Of a stretch of 64,000 nucleotides of DNA, positions 43,861 through 53,220 are shown piece after piece. How positions within the stretch are numbered: the stretch's first letter is position 1; every line of letters starts with the position of its first letter. The position numbers were made by a program, and so were the translations under genes. The stretch lies in sequence record NC_061443.1. The stretch is one strand, 5' to 3'. The notes beneath the pieces were generated by a model, which saw only the letters and a program-made list of their open reading frames with translations, was not told where the DNA came from and made no database searches.

Positions 43861-45906
43861 TTAGAAGGTCAGACGTTTCAGTTTGTCGTCGAAGGATGAG
43901 CCAGTGGAAGCTGAACTCTGGGATTGAACAGACTCTTGGTCCTGATTCAGAAGTTCCGCAGCAGAAGGCTGTTTGACCGGAGCGGTCGCTACCTGCTGTT
44001 GAACAACCGCCGGACGCTCGGCACTAACAGTACCCGCAGCGGCGTCGATAGATTCAGAGATTTCGTTCTGCGCGACTTCTGATTTGCTCATAAGCTCATT
44101 GGCTTTGGACAGAGCAGTAGTCAGGAAGTCTTTACCGTGAGCGATGAATGCACGTTCAATCAGAGCGCGAGGCTCTTTGATACCAGCGGCAGACAGTGAG
44201 CCGGCCAGGCTATCAACGATTGGGTTGCGAGTATCACCCCAGTAGTTTTTCGTAACACCCAGCTGGGCAGAAGACAGAGCCGCGATGAAGCGTTCGCTGT
44301 GATTAGCAACGGCGTCTTCGATGGTTGAAGTAACGTTCGCAGTAGCTTCGCTAATACGCGCGTCGGCATCAGCCACCAGCATTTTATCAACTGGCAGTTC
44401 GAACTGGTGCGGCATAAAGCCGAACGATTCACAAGTACCGGTAACGCCCGTGTTGTTTAACGAGTGCGATACGGCACGGATGAAATTATCAGTATCGAAA
44501 GATTTCACCGCATTTTCTTCGCCAACTGCATTAGATACAGAAGCGAGAGTTGCGCGGGCCAGAGGTTCGCCGTCGTAGAACATGTGAACGGTGTTCACTT
44601 TGCCAGTGACGCGGCTCAGGCTTACCAGAGCTGGGTCCAGCGTACCATGCGTGGCAGACGCAGAAGACAGACTGTTGAAGGTACGGCTGACTGCTTTGCT
44701 TTCAGAATCGAAATCGTCTTCGTCTTCATCGTCGAGGTCGAAATCATCTTCTTCAAGTTCTTCGTCGTCGTCGTCCAGATCTTCGTCTTCGTCGGAGCCT
44801 GATTCAGAATCGAAATCGTCTTCGTCTTCGTCATCCAGGTCTTCTTCGTCGTCGAGATCATCTTCTTCGTCGTCGAGGTCTTCGTCGTCTTCTTCGTCGT
44901 CTTCTTCGTCGTCGTCAGAACTGGATTCAGAATCGAAGTCATCATCTTCTTCATCATCCAGGTCTTCGTCGTCGAGGTCGTCTTCATCCAGATCTTCGTC
45001 GTCGAGGTCGTCTTCGTCGTCGATATCATCTTCATCATCGTCAGATGATTCGGAATCAAATTCGTCGTCTTCGTCTTCGTCGTCTTCGTCATCGAGATCG
45101 TCTTCATCAACGATATCAATGTCGCTGTCATCGCCAGACTGGGATTCGATAGGTTCATCGACCAGCGCTGCGGAACAATGAGCACAGAACACAGGCTCGT
45201 CATCGGAGCTTACAGTGAACGGCTGTTCGCAGTTAGCGGAGCAGCTATAGATGTGCGCGTCAACTTCGTCGCCAGCAGAAGACAGAGCAGCGATTGCTTC
45301 TGGTGCTTCTTGCGGCTCACAGGAAGTAACTTCCTGACCGGTGTACGGGTCGAAGTTCGCAGCAGTAGCAGCGTTGAAGCTACCAGTGCCAGACAGCGCG
45401 GTAAACGTGTGTGCGTTGCTCAGAGCCAGCGCGAAGTTACGTTGAGCATCTTCGGCAGTTTTGCCCGTTGCAACCAGACCAGCGTGTTCAATTTGCTCGT
45501 CGGCAGAAGCGGATTCGGCCAGAGCTTGAGTAACACGTTCGTCAGTGATTTCGGACAGGTCAGCAGAGCACGATGGGCAGGAGCCCTGAACCAGTGCAGA
45601 ACTGTCGGAAATAACGTGGCAACCACATCCATCTAAACAGATGGTGTAATGTGCTTTCACGTCACCCGCAGATGACTGCGACTGGACTTCGGCTTTCTCA
45701 ACCAAATCAGGATGCTCTACCAGCAGTTCTTCACCGCCGTTAGGATTGTAAAGGTCCGCGCCACTCTGCGAAGCAAAGCCTACACCAGCAGAGTTCCCGA
45801 AAATCATCAGGTTCTGACCGAGTGCAGTTTGGCGAAAGTTCTCTACTGCCTGATTATGGTTTTTACCGACACACAGGATACCCGCGAGTTGGGTAATCTT
45901 TGGCAT
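43861..45906 (-). CDS. prohead scaffold/core-like protein with very long acidic tract and Cys-rich motifs
   Basis: About 140-aa D/E tract (44690-45120) punctuated by FDSES; CxxxC/CxxC clusters; located between protease and MCP. Probable ATG at 45906 (track start is 45921). Confidence 0.6.
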   Translation of the reverse strand: MPKITQLAGILCVGKNHNQAVENFRQTALGQNLMIFGNSAGVGFASQSGADLYNPNGGEELLVEHPDLVEKAEVQSQSSAGDVKAHYTICLDGCGCHVISDSSALVQGSCPSCSADLSEITDERVTQALAESASADEQIEHAGLVATGKTAEDAQRNFALALSNAHTFTALSGTGSFNAATAANFDPYTGQEVTSCEPQEAPEAIAALSSAGDEVDAHIYSCSANCEQPFTVSSDDEPVFCAHCSAALVDEPIESQSGDDSDIDIVDEDDLDDEDDEDEDDEFDSESSDDDEDDIDDEDDLDDEDLDEDDLDDEDLDDEEDDDFDSESSSDDDEEDDEEDDEDLDDEEDDLDDEEDLDDEDEDDFDSESGSDEDEDLDDDDEELEEDDFDLDDEDEDDFDSESKAVSRTFNSLSSASATHGTLDPALVSLSRVTGKVNTVHMFYDGEPLARATLASVSNAVGEENAVKSFDTDNFIRAVSHSLNNTGVTGTCESFGFMPHQFELPVDKMLVADADARISEATANVTSTIEDAVANHSERFIAALSSAQLGVTKNYWGDTRNPIVDSLAGSLSAAGIKEPRALIERAFIAHGKDFLTTALSKANELMSKSEVAQNEISESIDAAAGTVSAERPAVVQQQVATAPVKQPSAAELLNQDQESVQSQSSASTGSSFDDKLKRLTF

Positions 45907-45951
45907 GGTTAAAACCCTCATAGAATTTTTAGTCGTTGAATCGACAGGTTA

Positions 45952-45959
45952 AAATTAAC
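45952..45959 (-). promoter_or_regulatory. GTTAATTT variant of the putative late promoter
   Basis: Intergenic, upstream of the scaffold-capsid operon; one mismatch to consensus. Confidence 0.35.
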
Positions 45960-45984
45960 GATTGCAGAAAAAATTCAGGTATTT

Positions 45985-47106
45985 TTAAACTTTTCTGCTA
46001 TCAATGTCAGCTTGCGGAATATAGCGATTTTCGAAGTATTTATTGACCACTTCTACTCCGTTTAACGAGTAAACGTTACGCATACTATCACCCCAAACCA
46101 TTAGCTCTGCAAGGGTAGCGAAGTGCTCCGTAGGAACGGATTTCATTGTCCTTGCATCAAGCGAATCCGGGTGGATTTTCTTGCCACGAATAGCCTGTTC
46201 GAACTTCATACGGTCAACGTTTCGTATCATCGTATGGTCCACAAAGTGAGCCAATTCGTGCGTCATCGCATGGCCAAATGAGCGGCTATTATAACCACCA
46301 AACAGCTCGACCAATTGCTTCGGACTCATTGAAATTACACCATACAGGAATCCTGACACGGTATAAGTCATTATATGAGAACCGCCAACATCGTTGCCTT
46401 GTTTAACGATACCTACGTACAGCCGTTTGAAAGGCAGAGGCACATTAAGACCAATGCCAGGCATAACGTTTTCCTGAATGTCTTTGAGTACATAATCAGG
46501 AGGACTAACGCCTTCGAGCAGTATCTTACGTCCACCTATCAGGAGGTCATCGGCACCTAATACTTCGAGATGCACATTACCGCACTTAGGTATCTTTTGG
46601 ACAGCGTAGTTGTTCGGCGTACCGCCCGGATAGTTCGCGTTAGCATACACCAGAGCTTTCTTTGTGCCAAACAGAGGCATGTCTTGCAGACGACGCATAC
46701 GGGCTTTAAGGGATTCTGGAGTACCGCCACCTTCGGGCACAGGGTCTGCTTGTGGTGCAGGTTGCTCAGGTTCTGGTTGCACTTTGACAGGCACAGGCTT
46801 CGGTTTAGGCTTAGGTGCAGCTTCTTTCTTCTTCTCCTCGTAAGGAGTGAAGTCGAATCCTGGCTTAAAGAGGGCGTCAGGCTTAGCAGTGAATGGGCGA
46901 CTGTTTTCAATAATGCGAGCGCCGTCTTCTCCACTGATTGCATAAGCCATGTCGTATTTAGGATGGGCTATATAGTACAGGTCGTCACTTACCTTGAGCA
47001 GACCCACAACCTCGCGTGTTTGCATATGCACACCGTTTGAGATCATGGCATCTGGCCCTAGATAACGAAAGTACGAATAGTCTACAATGAATAGACCTTC
47101 GATCAT
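45985..47106 (-). CDS. hypothetical protein with shared N-terminal domain and C-terminal HExxH zincin-like metallopeptidase motif
   Basis: HAMTHELAHFVD and a downstream EHFA; Pro/Lys linker. ATG 47106 overlaps the upstream stop (TAATG); track start is 47148. Confidence 0.6.
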   Translation of the reverse strand: MIEGLFIVDYSYFRYLGPDAMISNGVHMQTREVVGLLKVSDDLYYIAHPKYDMAYAISGEDGARIIENSRPFTAKPDALFKPGFDFTPYEEKKKEAAPKPKPKPVPVKVQPEPEQPAPQADPVPEGGGTPESLKARMRRLQDMPLFGTKKALVYANANYPGGTPNNYAVQKIPKCGNVHLEVLGADDLLIGGRKILLEGVSPPDYVLKDIQENVMPGIGLNVPLPFKRLYVGIVKQGNDVGGSHIMTYTVSGFLYGVISMSPKQLVELFGGYNSRSFGHAMTHELAHFVDHTMIRNVDRMKFEQAIRGKKIHPDSLDARTMKSVPTEHFATLAELMVWGDSMRNVYSLNGVEVVNKYFENRYIPQADIDSRKV

Positions 47107-47885
47107 TACTTCATCCGCATCAGGTGTTCTTTGTACGTTGCAGCACACGCGAATGCTGGATCATCGACAGAGCTACATTCAAAGCCAGTCAACATCTTGC
47201 AGTCACGATATACCAGACGGCCTGTACGTCCGTCGAGATACGTTGGCTTGTTGAATGCAGTGTGTGAACAGAAGTTACGATGACGCGGAGTAACCAACTG
47301 ACCACAGATGCTGCATTTGTATGCCTTGTACGTTGTACCTTTCGAATACGTGTTAAGCTCACCACTCAGGATGCGGTCACAACGTTCCTGACAACGTGTA
47401 CGGTCAAACGCTAACAGCAGAGTTAGACGCGCATGGTTGCCACGGAAGTTCTGGAGCTTAGACAGGTTCGAGTCGAAGATCATGCCCATTGCTTGGCGAT
47501 AATCTTTGTTATTGTGCTCAATGAACGTTGGCTTGCCGATGAACGTCTGGTACGCAAGACGGCCTTGGTCAGGGTTAAACGTCAACCACTCTTCCAGACT
47601 GAATGCGTCACCGTTCGTGTTAGGCAGCTCGGTGATGTTTACAGGCACAGGCACGATAACGTAATCACGAATATTGCGTGACGTGTTGTACTGCTCGGCC
47701 GCTTTAGACAACCACACGTTCACGTCAAGATTGAATGAACCTGATTGCAGTCCCAACCGCGAAGGGTCCACACGAATAGACTTAGCAGTTTGGCTAACAT
47801 CTTCTTTGTGCATATCAATCGCGGTCAGTCCAACTAGGCCCATGTCCGAGGTATCAAACGACTCGGAACGAATGGACTTGTCCAT
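47106..47885 (-). CDS. prohead maturation protease (HK97/T4 gp21-like serine protease)
   Basis: FIEHNN (His) and FECSSVDDPA (E.S.V..PA catalytic-Ser pattern); inserted CSIC...CSH. ATG 47885 has a GGAG RBS (track start is 47957). Confidence 0.65.
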   Translation of the reverse strand: MDKSIRSESFDTSDMGLVGLTAIDMHKEDVSQTAKSIRVDPSRLGLQSGSFNLDVNVWLSKAAEQYNTSRNIRDYVIVPVPVNITELPNTNGDAFSLEEWLTFNPDQGRLAYQTFIGKPTFIEHNNKDYRQAMGMIFDSNLSKLQNFRGNHARLTLLLAFDRTRCQERCDRILSGELNTYSKGTTYKAYKCSICGQLVTPRHRNFCSHTAFNKPTYLDGRTGRLVYRDCKMLTGFECSSVDDPAFACAATYKEHLMRMK

Positions 47886-47895
47886 CGTGTTCTCC

Positions 47896-48315
47896 CTATT
47901 GGAAATTGTTGATGTTATCTGGCCCTGCATTCGCAAGACGAACACAACCTTCTTCAACTTGGAAGGCGTTGAGTCCGTCCATAGTGCTCAGCCAGTAACG
48001 TAAGCGTCCATCTGAAATTACTGCGTTCTCAACATATGCAGGAACTTCTTTGCCTGAATCCTTCATCACGGCAATGACTTCGACGCCAGGGTAGAACACG
48101 TCAAAAGACTTCGTACTGAAAATCGGTTTAACGATATCAGTCTCGGACACAGGGTGCATAGCGTAGCGACTTTGAATCATATAGATCGCTTCGTTAGCGC
48201 CAATCAAAATCGAGTTGATAGTGCCACGCAGTTTACAACACGCACCATCAGGTGTACGTCCATACAGGAACGTAACAATATCCCCGATGTTATACGCGAA
48301 AGAGAATTGAGCCAT
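47896..48315 (-). CDS. hypothetical protein with two SH3/KOW-like halves
   Basis: YNIGDIVTF...Y.I and FYPGVEVIAV...YWL look like a tandem small beta-barrel; GAGG RBS. Confidence 0.6.
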   Translation of the reverse strand: MAQFSFAYNIGDIVTFLYGRTPDGACCKLRGTINSILIGANEAIYMIQSRYAMHPVSETDIVKPIFSTKSFDVFYPGVEVIAVMKDSGKEVPAYVENAVISDGRLRYWLSTMDGLNAFQVEEGCVRLANAGPDNINNFQ

Positions 48316-48316
48316 G

Positions 48317-49192
48317 TTAACCTCTCAGTGCACCACGCGCCCAGGACTTAGCGAGAGCCAGAGTCATGCGGCTTGGGTTTTGCAGTTTGACTTCACCTTT
48401 GTGGACAGCAGTGAACGGTTCATGCGCGTTCTCTCCGCGACCCGAACGATAGGCTGCTTCATTGAAGCCGTCGAATAACGTCACGACCCAGCCTGTGGAT
48501 TTGTCAGAACACTCACCGCAGGCTTTGTCCCAGCTAATCTTACCGCACACACGTCCACCCGCATTAACCGCGTAGCTTACTTGCTCAGTGCCTTTATAAA
48601 CGTCTTGAGCTTTCAGCGTTTTGAACGTCACACGCGCAGCAGACTCAGAACGCGGCGTCATCTTCTCTTTCAGTGCTTCAATATCAAGTGAAGACCAGAA
48701 GGATTCAAACAGTGCCGCGAACTTCTGTTCGATAGGCAGGTCGATAGCATTGATCTGTGCGATGGTGCTTGAGCTATCGTTGAGCACACGGTTGATAAAG
48801 TACCCACCGAGGATGATTGGCATTTGAGTGCCTTGATCTCCAGTCGTTAGCCCAGCACGTTTCGCATACATCTCACACATCCCGATAGCAAGACGCGCCA
48901 TAGTCTGGAACGTCTGCTTCTCGGTACTGTTGGCGATCTCAGTGTAGATACGGCTTGCAATTGCAGGAACAACTGTACGCTTCGCTACACTAAGAATGTC
49001 TTCTGGTGTGATTGATTGACCGAGTTTCTTCTTGGCCGCGAGTTCGAAAGCGTTAATCAGGCTTGCTTTGTTCGCTGGTGTCAGAGACTCGCTCAACTTG
49101 ATAGTTGTCTCCTCCGAGCTGTTCACCAGACTCGGCTGCGGTGCCACCTTCAGTCTGCGAACTCCCGTCGTCTTCAATCGAGCTACTGTCAT
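48317..49192 (-). CDS. hypothetical protein (candidate head protein)
   Basis: 291-aa ORF with CAGGA RBS; IKLSESL motif near the N-terminus. Confidence 0.65.
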   Translation of the reverse strand: MTVARLKTTGVRRLKVAPQPSLVNSSEETTIKLSESLTPANKASLINAFELAAKKKLGQSITPEDILSVAKRTVVPAIASRIYTEIANSTEKQTFQTMARLAIGMCEMYAKRAGLTTGDQGTQMPIILGGYFINRVLNDSSSTIAQINAIDLPIEQKFAALFESFWSSLDIEALKEKMTPRSESAARVTFKTLKAQDVYKGTEQVSYAVNAGGRVCGKISWDKACGECSDKSTGWVVTLFDGFNEAAYRSGRGENAHEPFTAVHKGEVKLQNPSRMTLALAKSWARGALRG

Positions 49193-50297
49193 TTGTTTCT
49201 TCCTGATTAGGAGCCTGCATGTACTGCAACAGGCCAGAGTTCATAATCTCCTCGTTAACGTCAAGGCCACGGAGCGTAGCCAGATTAGCGAGGTAATTGA
49301 GAGCAGGTTCGACCATACCCAGATTACGACAGCCCCAGTAGGCAATGTCATAGCACAGGTCTAAATTAATAGCAGTCTGGTCGAACAAGAAACTTTTTGG
49401 ATTCTGCTTTGTAGCTTCAATCCCTTGAATCGCTTGTCCGATAGCATTGATGTTATCGCCACGGCGGTAGAAGATATCAGACAGCATAGCATACGCTTCA
49501 ATACGATCAGGGCGGAATGCAATCGCACGATAACAAGCGCACACAGCCTCATGAATGAAGCCTTGTTTGAACGTAGCTTTCGCCAGTTCGATGTTAGCGA
49601 TTGTAACGTAATCAGGCCACTTAGCAATGCCAGTCAGTCTGTCTACCTCACGGCGCGCATCTTCCAGCAGGTCAGGACGTTCATAATAGATGACTGAATA
49701 GCAGAGTTCACGCGCATAGTAGAAACTGCAACGGTCATCATGCGGATAGTCACCTACATCCAGACCGAGTTCCAGCAGATAGTTACGTGCTTTTTCGTGG
49801 TCTGGATAGTGGTCAGTTGCGAACGGCGCTTCAACCGATTTCAGTTGCTGACCAGGCTTACGCGAGGACAGGACTTCATGCGCACGATATTTCCAGAAGT
49901 AAGAGCGACGACGATACGCTTTCATCTGCTGGTAGTGACTGTCACCGTTACGCATCAGAATCCAAACAGCTTCTGCTTTCTTGATGCCTTGCGTATTGCG
50001 TAGCGCCTCAACCCAGTTAGGGTCATCGAAGCGCTCGTCAATATCGAGCCACACTACAAGGTCGTCTTCCGAGAAAGGCGTAGCGGCCAACTCACGGCTT
50101 GCACCTAAGTTACGTTCAGGACTAACGTCGAACGTATGATAGATGTTAGGGTGAACGAACGCCGAGATGATGTTCGTGGTTTGGTCTTCGCTGCCTGTGT
50201 CAACGATACTGATAGCGTCAGCACCAGCAACGTGTTTCAACCACTCACCGATATTCTTTTCTTCATTACGGCAGATAGCCGCTACGCAGATTCTCAT
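49053..50297 (-). CDS. glycosyltransferase family 2 with C-terminal TPR repeats
   Basis: ICRNEEKNI, IVDTGSEDQT, DxD motif WLDIDE, HYPD..K.RNYL, then helical repeats (..YR.IAFRPDRIEAY). GAGG RBS. Confidence 0.88.
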   Translation of the reverse strand: MRICVAAICRNEEKNIGEWLKHVAGADAISIVDTGSEDQTTNIISAFVHPNIYHTFDVSPERNLGASRELAATPFSEDDLVVWLDIDERFDDPNWVEALRNTQGIKKAEAVWILMRNGDSHYQQMKAYRRRSYFWKYRAHEVLSSRKPGQQLKSVEAPFATDHYPDHEKARNYLLELGLDVGDYPHDDRCSFYYARELCYSVIYYERPDLLEDARREVDRLTGIAKWPDYVTIANIELAKATFKQGFIHEAVCACYRAIAFRPDRIEAYAMLSDIFYRRGDNINAIGQAIQGIEATKQNPKSFLFDQTAINLDLCYDIAYWGCRNLGMVEPALNYLANLATLRGLDVNEEIMNSGLLQYMQAPNQEETNDSSSIEDDGSSQTEGGTAAESGEQLGGDNYQVERVSDTSEQSKPD

Positions 50298-50312
50298 GTT
50301 TGCCTCATTGGA

Positions 50313-51230
50313 TTATACTAAAACGTTACCGCTGTCCCACCAACGCTTACCATAGATATCAGACACACGGTAATCGAGGATAAGAGGTTGGTCCAGGTCG
50401 ACTTGTGTTATATAGCGCCCTAAGTAAGGACTCCACACTGTTTTCTCCTCAGTGTAAAGCCGTATCTCAAGCTCTATGTCGCCTTGTGAGTTCTTCGGCA
50501 CGAACGGATGCGAATAGTCTCCATCGAAACCCGCGCCGAGAGAGTCGTCAAAGTAAGTGTACGCACGAACTTCTTCACCAGAGTTGATGATGGTCGGCGC
50601 ATATACTTTGCGGTTGTAGTACGAGGTGTAATCTGCAACAGTTGATTGCCAGATGACACGTCGCTTATAAATACGAGTCACGCCTTTGCTGTCCGTCTCA
50701 GCACGGTACTGGTTATAATACCAAGTTACCTCTGCGAACTTGACAGGCTTCAATTGCGCTTGCCCAGGAGCATAGCGCATGAACGGCTTCGCAGTGAAAC
50801 GATGATATGTCTTCTGCGTGTTCAGGCGATACAGCAGAACCTGATACGTGTACCACTGATAAATATCCAGGGTAATCGTACCACTATCCGATTGCTGCGT
50901 ACCGTTGGTCAGTATGTAAGAGAAACAGTCTGCACCAACGTAACCGCTTCGTGGGCTATAGAGAAACGCATCGTTGAAATAGTTCAGACGCACGGTACCT
51001 ACCATTGGGTCATTGACCTTAATAGCAGAAAGGCGCCAACCTCTTTGAGCTGGCACCTTATCGAGTACACCCTCTGTAGGGCTGTGCAACGTTACTTCAT
51101 CACGAGCGCCTTGTAAGATCTTTTCGAGTGTTATCTCGGATTCACCCGAGTTACGCACCCGCACCGTAATGTTCGGAGCTAGTGGCTTGTAGTTTCGCCA
51201 GTAGTCGAACGTACAAGGCAAAGAGAGCAT
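50313..51230 (-). CDS. virion protein with cadherin/Ig-like (Big_9-like) domain
   Basis: P..GTVRLN....FLYSPRSGYVGADCFSYILTNG..S..GTITLDI. Confidence 0.55.
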   Translation of the reverse strand: MLSLPCTFDYWRNYKPLAPNITVRVRNSGESEITLEKILQGARDEVTLHSPTEGVLDKVPAQRGWRLSAIKVNDPMVGTVRLNYFNDAFLYSPRSGYVGADCFSYILTNGTQQSDSGTITLDIYQWYTYQVLLYRLNTQKTYHRFTAKPFMRYAPGQAQLKPVKFAEVTWYYNQYRAETDSKGVTRIYKRRVIWQSTVADYTSYYNRKVYAPTIINSGEEVRAYTYFDDSLGAGFDGDYSHPFVPKNSQGDIELEIRLYTEEKTVWSPYLGRYITQVDLDQPLILDYRVSDIYGKRWWDSGNVLV

Positions 51231-51232
51231 AG

Positions 51233-53179
51233 TTACTCCAGTTTGTACTTGCTCTTAAACTCTGCGAGTCCCATAACAGGGATGCCTTTGTCCATCGCTT
51301 TCTGGAGTTTCGCAGAACCAGAGCCAGGGTCTTTTGCGATCAGTATCGTCGTATCGGACTTCATGCTATCAGAAGCAGTTCCACCGAGTTCGACAATACG
51401 CTTCATCAAGTCACGGTCACGAATGCCAGTGAATGCAACGTTAATGCCTTTGAGCTTCGCACTAACCACTTTCACCTTCTTCGGAGGAACGAGAGTCACG
51501 CCCATGTTCGCAGCCATTTCGTAGGACTTCACGGCAGCTTCTGCAATGGCAGGTCCGAGTTTATCAATGCCGTGCATAGCGCTAATCTTCAACGTCAGGT
51601 CAGCGGTATAACCACGCTTGAGGTAATACTCAAGATTAGGGATAGCATCAACAACTTTGTCGAACGTAGTGTTAGCACCGCGCATAAAGAATGACGCTGT
51701 AGCTCTCAACCACGTATTCATAGGCACGCCCGCTTTCAACGACTTGAGGTCTTTCGCCAACTGACGACCACGAGAGTCACCAACTATCTCACGCAACGCA
51801 CCCATTGAAGCATCAAACAATTGCTCAGGCGTTTTAATACCAGACGCAATAAGCATTTTGCAGGTACCCGGTCCCGTATTCGCAACGTCAAGCCCTTTCA
51901 AGAACGAGCCAAGCATACGCGCATCAGCAGCAGATGATTTCGTTTTGACAACGAACTCTACACCACTAATCTTGTATGGCACGTCAGGCAGCTGAGGCTT
52001 CTTAGCAGGCTTGAGAATCTCCATGATGTATGGGATGACCTTGCCGCTTCGAATCAATTTAACCTTAGCTCCAGGACCGAGTGGCCGCTTAGGACCAAGC
52101 ACTGTGCCTTTCTTCTTCGGCTTGAGATAGCCGTGCTCAACATAGAAACCGTTGTGCGCAGAAGCACGTTCAACTGTCACACCGCCCGGCATGATAGTTG
52201 GCGGGAAGATAGCAACAGGAGCCATCACGCCGTACTTGGACTCTTGGTAGATGATCTCTTTGACAGTCACGATAACCGTATCAGACTCAACGTTCATCTT
52301 GAACTTAAAGGCGTGTCGTGGGTTAGACGCTGTAGCTTTTGGAGTTGCTACGTCGCGTGTCATCACGATGCCGTCGAGTTCATACTTCGCCTTAGCGATA
52401 CGCTTGTCCAACCAAGGAATGAGTTCTTCCTGATTGGCGAAACGCAGCGGACCGAAGTGACGAACTACCTCGAATCCCCAACGCTCCAGTAGCTCAAACT
52501 GCTTAGACTGTTTGTCCGTTGCACCTTTACCTGCAAGAATACCGAAGCACACCATGTGGACGTACTTGAACTCTTTAGGAGTTTCGAAGTTACGCACAAG
52601 GCCGGACGCAGCATTACGTGCAGCCTTATACTTCCCACCAGCAGACTCGTGCATCTTCGCCATGAAGGTCTTATAGGGAATCAGCGCTTCGAAGCGCATG
52701 ATGACCGTACCTTTCTCAGGTATCTTCTGAGGGATACTCATGGCGGGTATATGGTGAGAAACATCTTTACCGTGAGTAGCATCACCACGAGTGAACGCTT
52801 GTACTGGCACGCCTTTTTCATAAACGAGTTCAATGCTCAGGCCATCCAGTTTGTCTGTAAGAATCCAATCAACGTCTTCGGCCAAGGCTTTAGACAGTTG
52901 CTTACCGCCGAGCGTATACTGATCGAGACTTGCCATAGGCACAGGCAGCTTAACATCGGAGTCGTCACGCGCGCCAACCTTGCGCGCCAGCTTTGACTTA
53001 GGCCAACGCGTGTCGATGTAGCGACGAATATGGTCATAGACCGCATCCGATATCAAGCCTTCCGAATCAGTGTGAAACGCATCATCAAGATGCGCCACAA
53101 GTTTCGTTGTCTGCGTCAGATTGAGCGTGTCCAGAACCTTATCGGGATTCCTTTCGAGCCGCTTCAATGAGATTTGCAT
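51233..53179 (-). CDS. ligA: NAD-dependent DNA ligase
   Basis: SDAVYD (domain Ia), MASLD, KLDG active site, TRGD..HG, DGIV, AFK, OB fold (RSGKVIP), HhH and C-terminal BRCT. ATG 53179 has a GGAG RBS (track start is 53203). Confidence 0.93.
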   Translation of the reverse strand: MQISLKRLERNPDKVLDTLNLTQTTKLVAHLDDAFHTDSEGLISDAVYDHIRRYIDTRWPKSKLARKVGARDDSDVKLPVPMASLDQYTLGGKQLSKALAEDVDWILTDKLDGLSIELVYEKGVPVQAFTRGDATHGKDVSHHIPAMSIPQKIPEKGTVIMRFEALIPYKTFMAKMHESAGGKYKAARNAASGLVRNFETPKEFKYVHMVCFGILAGKGATDKQSKQFELLERWGFEVVRHFGPLRFANQEELIPWLDKRIAKAKYELDGIVMTRDVATPKATASNPRHAFKFKMNVESDTVIVTVKEIIYQESKYGVMAPVAIFPPTIMPGGVTVERASAHNGFYVEHGYLKPKKKGTVLGPKRPLGPGAKVKLIRSGKVIPYIMEILKPAKKPQLPDVPYKISGVEFVVKTKSSAADARMLGSFLKGLDVANTGPGTCKMLIASGIKTPEQLFDASMGALREIVGDSRGRQLAKDLKSLKAGVPMNTWLRATASFFMRGANTTFDKVVDAIPNLEYYLKRGYTADLTLKISAMHGIDKLGPAIAEAAVKSYEMAANMGVTLVPPKKVKVVSAKLKGINVAFTGIRDRDLMKRIVELGGTASDSMKSDTTILIAKDPGSGSAKLQKAMDKGIPVMGLAEFKSKYKLE

Positions 53180-53220
53180 GTTGTTCTCTCCAATCGTCAT
53201 CAATACTGGTATTTACAGCA

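Noticed and set aside
44464-45203. Ser-rich plus-strand ORF and Thr/Lys/Met-rich alternate-frame ORF
   Set aside because: Shadow frames of the GAC/GAA-rich acidic tract of the scaffold gene.
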